Assembly (NCBI GenBank): GCA_028534125.1
Contig: CM052817.1
Coordinates: forward strand, 63,304,001-63,368,000
Source: Lama glama
Lineage: Eukaryota
DNA: 64,000 bases
Direction: 5' to 3'
Shown: one piece after another, positions 12,970-23,262 of the stretch
Layout: each line of letters starts with the position of its first letter
Numbering within the stretch: the first letter of the stretch is position 1
Translations under genes and position numbers: made by a program
Notes under the pieces: generated by a model
Told to the model about the DNA's origin: nothing
Seen by the model: only the letters and a program-made list of their open reading frames with translations
Databases searched by the model: none

Positions 12970-14509
12970 TTTGGAAAGTGCTGCACTGAGTCATGTTCCC
13001 TCTTTCGCACTTTGTCTGGGCTCCTTTCTTCCAGGCTTCTTTCCCAATATCATTATCTAACTGCTTCCCAAGAATCAAATCTTCTTTTTAAGCACTATGT
13101 ACATTTACTACATACAATATTGTGTGCAGCAAGCACAAAAGTTTCTCCCTGCGTTCCCTCTGTCTAATCACCTATCAACCATATATCTAAATTCCCTAAA
13201 AAAGAAAGTAGTACTGGAGTATATTTTATTTAAATCAGAGTTACTCATTCAGTGAAAGGTTACGTATTCCAAAGGCCATTGTTCTCTAAAAGGATAAAAT
13301 AAAATAAATTCTTTTTTATCATCCTTATTAGATTTTTCTCCTGAAGACAAAAGGAAACATTGTGAAATTACCTTTAAGGAATCACATATTTAAACTCCTC
13401 ATTGTAAAAGGCAAATGCGCAAAACAAGCACAGACAAAATCCTTGGCATTGCAATTTATAAAGTTTCATGACTTTGTACTTACTTTTAAAAGGTAACTTT
13501 GATGCCTTTAGTAAGTATTACTTGCCTGGTCCCATTAGGCAAGACAGTAGAATTAACCCAAATTTCAATCTAAAAAGCAGAATATTTTTATTTTATTAGC
13601 AGGTAAATCCTGGTAATGGAATGCATCTAGTCTTCTAAACATAGCAGGATATTTAATTTCATTTACAAGATTGCAATGAGAGTTAATGAGGAAACATAAT
13701 TATCTGATCTGTGTTTATTTATATTATCTTTCTTTTATTTTCACTTTTAGCTTCTCCGTGTCTTATCCTTCAGGATCGACACTAGTCTGCCTAACTGTTT
13801 CATTTTATTATAACCCAAATAGGCCATAAGTAAACATGATACACAAGCAGGAGATTTGTTTATTCTTCTCTCTGAACCATTCAGCTTCCTTCTGTGACAG
13901 GCAGCAGAGTCAAGCCAAATGAATGTTGGGAGGCACTATGAATTCATCAGACAAAACACATTAAAGCTGGATATTATAAATTTGAAGTGTATTAACATTT
14001 TGGTCATTAAACCTGCTTAATTAAATTTAATTGTATTTCCCCCACATTATAGCAATTGCACACTAACCATATTGCCTTTCCTGTTCTAAAAAGAAAGCTT
14101 CATTGCAATGCAAGTGAACAGTTAGGACTTTCAAACATACCTTTGAGATGAATGAGATCATCTTCCATTACCAAGAAAAGAAATAAGGAAGATCAGTATG
14201 TTTATTTGATAGTGCCAGACTAAAGTTTGATATAAGATATTGAGGGGCCTTCTATAGATCACTATAATTAGTTTATTACCATGTGAATACTGCTGTCTGT
14301 CAGTTTTGTGTTTTTTTTTTAGAGTGAATGATGCACTCAGAAATGAGTCAAACTAGTCAAACAAGAAATATAGATTTCATGACTGGGCAATAAATTTTTG
14401 AATTTGCAAATTAAAGTAGTTCTTTGCATTTCATTAGGATCTAGGTCAGGTGATTACATGTGTATTTAATGTAGTAGACATTTTGCATTGGATAAATGCA
14501 AAGATAATT

Positions 14510-14900
14510 CAGAAATGCTATTGAATGCAAAATAGGAGCTGAAACATACAAATAAACCTCATTTTGTGATTTTGAGGGAAAGAACTAGCTTCTTGCTGGG
14601 GATTTAACAAGACATCATTGAAGGAGTAGGATATTAACTGGACTTTGAGGATGGTTACAATTTGTGTAGGAAGAGTAAAGGTTAGTTCAGATGGAGGGAA
14701 CCCCATGAGGTGTGACACAGAAGAAGAGTCTGATTGAATTTGACTGAAGTAAAGAATTCACAATGGGAAGTACTAAAATATTTTTTTAAACCAACTGGAG
14801 AGAAATCATTAAATGCCAGACAGAGACTAAAATTTTTGTGGAAGATAAGGAGCCATTGGAGTTTTTAAATGGTGAACAGAAAGGATGATATTGAACCAAT
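14510..14900 (-). mobile_element. L2 LINE fragment
   Basis: 'gagccattggagtttttaaatggtgaacagaaaggatgat' and upstream 'aggatattaactggactttgaggatgg' resemble L2. Confidence 0.5.
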
Positions 14901-14937
14901 GTCTTTCACTTTGCCCATTTTGCACTTTAATCTCTTT

Positions 14938-16265
14938 ACTTTTTTTTCTATCTAAACATTTTTTATTGAGTTATAGTCATTTTACAATGTTGTGTCAAAT
15001 TCCAGTGTAGAGCACAATTTTTCAGTTATACATGAACATTCATTGTCACATTCTCTTTCACTGTGAGCCACCACAAGATCCTGTATATATTTCCCTGTGC
15101 TACACAGTACAATCTTGTTTATCTATTCTACATTTTGAAATCCCAGTCCCTTCCCGCCCCCCATCCCCCTGGCAACCACAAGTTTGTATTCTATGTCTAG
15201 GAATCTATTTCTGTTTTGTATTTTTGTTTGTTTGTTTGTTTGTTTTAGATTCCAGATATGAACGATCTTGGATGGTATTTTTCTTTCTCTTTCTGGCTTA
15301 CTTCACTTGGAATGACATTCTCCAGGAGCACCCATGTTGCTGCAAATGGCGTTATGTTGTCGGTTTTTATGGCTGAATAGTATTCCATTGTATAAATATA
15401 CCACCTCTTCTTTATCCAGTCTTCTGTTGATAGACATTTAGGCTGTCTCCATGTCTTGGCTATTGTAAATAGTGCTGCTATGAATATTGGGGTGCAGGTG
15501 TCATTTTGAAGTAGGGTTCCTTCTGGATATATGCCTAGGAGTGGGATTCCTGGGTCATACTGTAAGTCTATTCNNNNNNNNNNNNNNNNNNNNNNNNNNN
15601 NNNNNNNNNNNNNNNNNNNNNNNNNNNNNNNNNNNNNNNNNNNNNNNNNNNNNNNNNNNNNNNNNNNNNNNNNNNNNNNNNNNNNNNNNNNNNNNNNNNN
15701 NNNNNNNNNNNNNNNNNNNNNNNNNNNNNNNNNNNNNNNNNNNNNNNNNNNNNNNNNNNNNNNNNNNNNNNNNNNNNNNNNNNNNNNNNNNNNNNNNNNN
15801 NNNNNNNNNNNNNNNNNNNNNNNNNNNNNNNNNNNNNNNNNNNNNNNNNNNNNNNNNNNNNNNNNNNNNNNNNNNNNNNNNNNNNNNNNNNNNNNNNNNN
15901 NNNNNNNNNNNNNNNNNNNNNNNNNNNNNNNNNNNNNNNNNNNNNNNNNNNNNNNNNNNNNNNNNNNNNNNNNNNNNNNNNNNNNNNNNNNNNNNNNNNN
16001 NNNNNNNNNNNNNNNNNNNNNNNNNNNNNNNNNNNNNNNNNNNNNNNNNNNNNNNNNNNNNNNNNNNNNNNNNATTCCGTAGGTTGTCGTTTTGTTTTAC
16101 TTACGGTTTCCTTTGCTGTGCAGAAGCTTGTAGTTTTCATTGGGTCCTATTTGTTTATTCTTGCTTTTATTTCTATTGCTTGGGTAGACTGTTCTAGGAG
16201 AACATTTTTGAGATGTATGCCAGATAATGTTTTGCCTATATTTTCTTCTAGGAGGTTTATTGTAT
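14938..16265 (-). mobile_element. 5'-truncated young LINE-1 (ORF2 C-terminus plus 3' UTR), camelid-like; spans a 500-N gap
   Basis: Reverse complement is near-identical to 53215-54430; flanked by the 13-bp direct repeat ctttaatctcttt (14925-14937 and 16266-16278). Confidence 0.95.
15574..16073. other. Assembly gap (500 N)
   Basis: Run of N inside an L1 copy. Confidence 1.
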
Positions 16266-17418
16266 CTTTAATCTCTTTTCAAGTCTGTGCTGATCAGTCA
16301 CAATTTTTCATGATCATGGTCAAAGCAAAGCCACAACATGGGTTAAATCAGCTTTTCAGCCCTTCAGCCTTTAGCCTGGATGATAAATTTAGGACAGGGA
16401 TATGCTTGAAGGGTAACAGACCCTGGCAGCTATATCCTCAACCAGTTTTCCCTGATCTGTGCTGGCAAAAGTGAAGTGCTATATATGCAGTCATGACTAA
16501 GGAGTTACATAGCTTATTTGATGACGGTGATTGGAGCATGGCTATGTGGTACAGTGTGCTTAAGGGAACTCTGAGTAGGGCAATTCTTGGCTTTATTATG
16601 AGGAGCTATTTCTTCAATGGAATATCAATTGTCATTCTTGTTTCCTTAAAAAATGGTAATTATATTATTGCTCTGAATAAGGCAGAATAACAGTAATGTC
16701 TGTATTTATTTCCTTAACCTTCAGGTTATTTTTGTGTACCAGAAATATATCAATTGCGCGCAATACAAATTATACTGTTTCTCTGACAGGACAGGTCATA
16801 AATGAAACATACAGCTATTCACAATGTGCACTGGTTGGTTACAGTCCCATTTGTGGGAAAATGTATGCCTTCTCTCTTTGACAACTTCACTAATTTATTC
16901 ATGAAGCACTTCAGTTTAAGTGTGAAAAGTTATAGGCACACCCACCAGTATTTTAGGATCTTCTTTCGTTGAATGTCAACCATTTCAGTGTAAGATATAC
17001 CTTGGCCTAATGAGTCCTAGCCTGAGAGGGGAGCAAACCTACCAAACATAGAGAAAGATAAATTTGGCTGCATAGGTCTTACCATAGTGAGATTAATATG
17101 ATGTAAATTTTTCTAGCTCATTTGGATGTTTTGTTATCAGCTTCTAACATGCCTATATATTTCAGAATGGACATAGCTCTAGGATTAATAAACAAAATAT
17201 TTAAATAGGGACATATTTTATACTTTCCTTTCTGGGATATTCCTAAAGAGAAAGATGTTATGATCTTTCAGAAATGATAGAAATTCCATAGATTTTACAA
17301 CAGGATTCCCAGAAATTTATTTTAAATTAATCTCCCTTTAGGTAGTAGATATTAGAAATAGTGTGTGGAATATGAGATCTAAAATCTACTGTCTAAAGGT
17401 ACTATAATCTGCTTTAGA

Positions 17419-17610
17419 CCATGGTTTTTCAACTTCAGCATTATTGATATTTTGGGTCAGGAAATTTTTTGTTATTAAGGAGGCAGTCCTGTGCATTACA
17501 GAATATTTAGCAGCATCTTCAGCCTCTACCTACTAGATTCCAGTAGCAACCCTCAAGTTTTGAAAACCAAAATATTTCCAGCTAGTGCCAAATGACCCGT
17601 GAGAACCAGA
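17419..17610 (+). mobile_element. MER20-like hAT-Charlie element
   Basis: 'tttttcaacttcagcattattgatattttgggtcaggaaattttttgtt...gtcctgtgcattacagaatatttagcagcatcttcagcctctacctactagattccagtagca...tgagaacca'. Confidence 0.85.
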
Positions 17611-18539
17611 TTATATACAATGCATTAGTTATAATGACTGTATATTACAAATTAACCCTAAGATTAAGAGTTTCTATGGGTCAAGAATTTAGATATGGCA
17701 TAAATTGATTCTGTCCTTAAGAATCTCTCAAAAGGCCACTTTCATTCAATCAGTGTTGGTCCCAAAGGCAACAACATATAGAGGAAAAAAAGGGACAAGA
17801 GGGTCCATTGGGTCAGCCTCATTGACATCTCTAAGAGTCAGCTTTTTAAAAGAACTTCTTTTTTTTACCCAGAAGATAACTAGAATTATTTCTTTTTTAT
17901 TAAATGCCAATACACTACAGTGGAGTCTACTTCCTTGATATGTAGATGTTTAGTAATCTGTAGGTCTACCAATACTACCAAGTGAGTTTTGCAGTGGCCA
18001 ACAACCACCAGGGTATTTCAGGTGAGTAGCAGCATCTATTAACATGTCTAACTGTAACTTTTGTAAAAATCATCTGTAGGCATGAGGGCAGTGATGCTAA
18101 CTTGTCCATTAAGGAAAAATACCTGAAGCCTTGGCCTTAGTAACACCTTGAATAATAACCAGGGATCTATGAAAAGAAAGTAAAGCAGATCAGCATTTTT
18201 GTCTTTGGATCATGTCAAAGGTTAGAATTATTTCTAAATGTTAAAGATTTTTTACACAAATGTTTAAATATAAAAGTGAAATTCCATACCTTTGCATTTC
18301 TGAAAGACTGATGGAAAAGTAAGAAAGAAAGAAACTAATTATATATTACATAGTTTTAAAACTCATAGAAATTAGAAAATGTAGTAAAGAAATTTGACCT
18401 TTAGATTTCAAGTTTTAGATATTTGTGCCTAGTTCTTGGTTTGAAGGCAGCATATTCCAGTATAAATATTATAACTAAAAAAAAATCAGTCTGTACCAAT
18501 TTTTTGTTATTATGTCTTAACCCTTCTATCTCTTTACCA

Positions 18540-18698
18540 GTCTACACCGAGGGTCTGCAACTGTTTCCCAGGGTACTTTTCAAGTTGACTACTCTTTGAG
18601 TGTGAGCGGTAGGAGGCACTACTGGGAGATGAGAGACAAATCAGGAGGAGAGGAACATAGTTCTCTTTCTCCTTCTCTGTCTCCCACTCCCTTTTCTT

Positions 18699-18752
<54 letters not shown>

Positions 18753-19057
18753 ACTCTCCTTCTAGCTCTCTTTCTTCTTATTCGGCATTGCTACTGGACC
18801 ATTGGCCACCAGTGGTGGGGGCATTTCCTCTGTGCTCCAAGATTCTGATACTAACACTTTTCCCTTGCTTCTCTTGTGTATTCTGTCACCCTTCAGATAG
18901 TAGCTGTTTCTCATAGTTTTTAATTTCTGAGTTAACACACATTCCAATTTTTGCTTTTCCTGTTTTCAAAAATCTGTATAACCAATTCCTTATGTTAAAT
19001 CTTTCTATTTGAAATACCTAGTATGCTTTCTGTTTTCCTTATTGTATGCTCTGATAC
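18540..19057 (+). mobile_element. ERVL LTR, LTR33-like
   Basis: 'ggaggcactactgggagatgagag' and the 3' end 'taaatctttctatttgaaatacctagtatgctttctgttttccttattgtatgctctgataca'. Confidence 0.65.
18700..18748. repeat. (CT)~24 microsatellite
   Basis: Directly visible; produces the SLSLSL run in ORF 18596-18916. Confidence 0.97.
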
Positions 19058-19059
19058 AA

Positions 19060-19250
19060 ACTTCAATTTCAATATTGCCTTTGGCCACTAACTAGACATG
19101 TTATTTAAATATTTTAAGCTTTATTTTTTTATCTCAAATAAAAAAGACAGACAAAATAATATCCACATTGCAGAACTCTTGTGAAGCTTAATAAGATGGT
19201 GTATTTAATGTACATGACACATAGTAGGTGTTTAAAAAAGCTGTTAGTAA
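19060..19250 (+). mobile_element. MIR SINE fragment
   Basis: 'acatgacacatagtaggtgtttaaaaaagctgttag' resembles the MIR 3' end. Confidence 0.55.
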
Positions 19251-19669
19251 ATATCCTTTAAAAGATACCTCTATAGAATTTTCTTTTAATTTAATAGAGT
19301 GATACAGTATATAAAATAGTAATGTTAACTGAGTTAATAATTTTGTGTGAAGTGACAAAGAGATAGTTTGGTTGATCAAATACTGGTTTGGAAATTATCA
19401 CATTCATTTTGAAATTTTACTTAATCTTTGCCTTTCATCCTAACATCTAATGTTTTTAAAGTTTGGGTTGAATGATGCTGAAAATATCCTGTATCATATC
19501 TGTAAGCTTTGTAAGAGATTCAGCACTGGATCAGAACCAAGTCTGGATGTGACCCAGAGTGAATAACCAGTCCTGATCAAGTCTTTATATGGAGTATATT
19601 GAATGTATTTATTTTTGAAAGAAAAAATATATAACAAAGATATATACCAAAATATAAGCACTGCCTGTC

Positions 19670-21757
19670 TTTTTTTTTAAACATTCTTTTGGTAATAACT
19701 TTAGATTCACAGAATGTTGCAAAAATAATACAGAGACATCCCATGTACCCTTCACCCTTTTCCCTAATGGTAACATTTTATATAACTATAGCACAATATC
19801 AAATCAGAAAATAAAATTGGTATAATATACATACAGAGTTTCATGACATTTTATCACATGTGTAAATTTGTGTGACAACCACCAAAATCAAGATACAGAT
19901 CAGTTTCATCACCAGAAAGAAACCTTATCTTCCTTTAAATCCCTTTACCCGTTTTGATTTATGGTAGCATCTTCTTAAATATTTACTCTGTGGCGAGGAC
20001 CACACCAAACAAATGCCATAATTTTTGCTTCAACCAACAAACACAATTTAGAAACTCATCAGGAGAAGGAAAGTATATGGTATTTGCCCATATTTTTTCT
20101 TTAAGTTGTTCTTTCTTTCTTCATGTTCCAAGATTTGTTGCTTTTATTATTTTTTTAACCATACCCATTCTGTTTCTATAACTTCTTTTAGCCATTCTTT
20201 TAGAGCAGATACAGCAGTGACGAATTCTCATAATTTTGGTTCTCTTGAGAGTTGTTTGATTTTCTTGTCATTTCTGAAGGCTATTTCACTGGATAAAAGT
20301 CTAGAACATTCTAATTGTTTTTCTATTATGTGTAACATATTGTTTCTCTTGTTTCTTTCAAGATTTTTTCTTTGTCTTTAGCTTTCAGAAATTTAATTAT
20401 GAATTGATTTGACATGACTTTCTTTGGATTTATATAGTCTGTGTTTCACTTAGCTTCTTGAATCTGTAGATTTATTTCTTTTGCCACGTTTAGAAAAATT
20501 TCAGCCATTATTTCTTTGAAGAATTTTCAGCTGCATTCTTTTTCTGCTTTCTTCCTGGGAATCCAATAACATGAATGTCAGATATTTTCTTATAGTCCCA
20601 CATAATCTCAGAGGTTGTATTTAGTTTTAAGCCCATTCTTTCTCTCTTGTTCATGCTAAGTAATTTATATTGATCTATCTTCAAGTTCACTGATTTTTTC
20701 CTCTGCCCTTAACATTATGTTATTGAGTACATTTTTGTGAGGTTTTTTTTAGTGTTATTTTTGTTCTAAAATCCCCATTTGTTTATTTTTTATATTTTTG
20801 TTTATACTTTTTATTTTCTAGTATGTTCAAAACAAATTCATAATTGCTTTTGAAGCCTTTTTGTGATGGCTGCTTTAATATCTTTGTCAGATAAATCCAG
20901 CATTTGTGTTAATTCAGTGTTGGCATCTGTTGGTGGCCTTTTTCCATTCAAGCTAATATTATCATGGTTCTTAGCATGTTAAGTGAGTTTTGATTGTATT
21001 CTGGGCATTTTGGGTATTATATTGTTAGACTTTGTGACTTACTTAAATCTTCTGTTTAATCAGGACTCCTCTGATGCTGTGTCAGAAGGGAAAGGGGATG
21101 CAGCCTGGCAGTGGAGTGGAAGTCTAGGATCCCCATGTGGCCTACACTGACCCATGAGGGTAGAGGGGCTCAATATCACCAGGCAGGGATGAAAGTCCCA
21201 GCTTCCCACTAGGTCTCCTTGATCCCCACTTAGTGGGGGAAGGGAGAAAGAGAGAGAGAGAGAGGTGTGCAAGGTGGTTCTCATTATAGACAGTGTTGGT
21301 GCACAACTACACTCCCCACTCAGCTTTTGCTGGCAGGAGTGAGATGAGGCATGTCTTTTATCAGTGGTGTTTGGCTGGGAGAAAGAAGTTATTGGCTGAA
21401 AGTTTTCTCTCTTGCTAGTTTGACCCTTTCCTGGTCCTTTGGCTACAGCAAGATAGTTTTTATTGTTTTGTTAATTTGCTTTTTGTTATTCTCCCTTTGG
21501 TGTTTCCAAGTTTCTGGCCTCTTCAGCTCCCAGTCCTGAATATATGAGGCAAAAAGAACACCCTGAGAACTTTTGCCAGGTTGTTCCTTGCCCCCCAAGA
21601 TCCCTAGTTGGTCTGCCCTCTTCTCTCTACCTTCCAGAGTTTTCTTTTTATTTCCTTTCATTTTTTATGTACAGTCTCCAGAGTTTTTAGCTGTGCTTAT
21701 CAGGAACAATAAAGAGAAGTAAATATACTCCATTTTGGTCCAGAATCAGAAGTCCCT
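19670..21757 (-). mobile_element. Ancient L1 (L1MC/L1MD-like): 5' UTR, decayed ORF1 and spacer joined to the terminal ~260 bp of 3' UTR
   Basis: Minus strand starts 'gggacttctgattctggaccaaaatggagta'; ORF 20508-20690 'IMWDYKKISDIHVIGFPG' resembles L1 ORF1p (WDNIKRxNIxIIGVPE); 19670-19925 'ttagattcacagaatgttgcaaaaataatacagagacatcccatgtacccttcaccc' is an L1MC-type 3' end with an A-tail. Confidence 0.75.
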
Positions 21758-22419
21758 AGACTGCTTGATTTTAAAGTATAATGCATTTTTAATAAATACT
21801 GTGTTTATTAAAAATTTTAAATGTGTTGTTTCAATATAAAACAGTAGTTAGTGGTTAGAATTTCAATAATAAAAGTTGTTTAACTGTGATACAAATAAAC
21901 AATGAAATTTAAGTATCCCTGTGCAAATCCAGCTCTTAAGGCTTCGAACCCGTGCTCCAGAGTGAAAGCCTTACTTGTTCCATCAGCAATATCAGGGCCA
22001 GGACTTCTGACACCTTCTTATCACCTTTGTCACCTTTATCAGCCATTGGTATGATGAAATAGCATCCAGGAGTTTTCTTCTCAAGTTTCTAAAGTAGAGT
22101 TTGTTCTAGAATACGTGTACATTATAGATGATAGTAAAAGCATAATGTAAAGTTGTTCAATCAAATGAGTTACAAAAAAACTGTACATTTGAAAACCCAC
22201 TGTGTAGGCGATATGACTACAAACATTAAACATACATGCATACCTGTAACTCACATACTGTTGCACACATGCATGCCAACTGACAGATATTTTTAAGGAT
22301 TTTGTTCTGGTTAATATAGCTTTACCTCATAGATTTTATTATTGTTCCTTATACTCATTATTCAAAGTCAAGCAAATATGATGTAACATACAAGATACAA
22401 CAGTTAAAGTTTACTGTTT

Positions 22420-22560
22420 CATTTGTATTCATTTATTCAGTAAATATTTATTAAGCAGCAACTAAATGTGAGACACTGGGGATATAATGTTAATAAAGCA
22501 TTTTATCTGCCCTCCAAGCTTCAGGAGTTTGAACTTCATTTGAAGAGACCAAAAAAAAAT
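22420..22560 (-). mobile_element. L2 3'-end fragment
   Basis: 'attcatttattcagtaaatatttattaagcagcaactaaatgtgagacactgggga...tctgccctccaagc'. Confidence 0.7.
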
Positions 22561-23104
22561 AAATTTATGAAAGCATGTCAAAGGGTATATCCAGGAAAAT
22601 AAGTTACAAGAATAACAGTCCCAGCAATCTATAACCTGAGTTGACATTTCCTCAAGCCTTTTCCTGGAATCATTTATTCCTTTATTACCTCCGGCTTATT
22701 CTCTGTTTCAAATTTCTATTCACATGCCAAATGTCAAGTATAAGGGTAAATTTTCAAAGAAAATAAACTCTCAGAGAAATAACTGATTAAAAACTTTTGC
22801 CCACAGAACTCTGATTGTTGGGGTTCATACTTCAAAAATAACCGTTTAAAACCACTTTTGAAAAAGACTTAGGGTTTTCATTAAATAGTTCATTTCCAAA
22901 ACTAATTGAAGATGCCAGTCTTACTTCATAATACATTAGCAAATTAAGTGGTATAAAGCCCTGATAATCTTTGATCCATCTTAGGTGGAACCAGAAATTG
23001 TGGAAGATATGATACTGGCCTTGGGAAAAATCACAGACTTGTTTGCATGTAACAAACCTATAGTTGCTGGTCATTCTTGCTACCAGCACTGTGATCCAGT
23101 AGGG

Positions 23105-23262
23105 GAAAAGGGGTCTTTGAAATCAGAAACTGGTCCAGGAACACCAGCTATGTCACTTTATAGTTATGTGACTTTGGGCAAGGTAATTAACCTCCCTAAG
23201 CCTTTCCTCTGATGTCTTCAAATGGGGTAATGGTACTATTAAGTGCAATAGAATATATAAAG
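23105..23262 (+). mobile_element. MIR SINE
   Basis: 'cactttatagttatgtgactttgggcaaggtaattaacctccctaagcctttcctc...aaatggggtaatggtact'. Confidence 0.75.

Noticed and set aside
15487..16197. Long ORFs of 183-236 aa on both strands
   Set aside because: They consist mostly of X from the 500-N gap within an L1.
22985..23212. ORF VEPEIVEDMILALGKITDLF... after a possible acceptor 'ttag'
   Set aside because: Weak pyrimidine tract, no convincing donor, no recognised homology, and the frame runs into a MIR.
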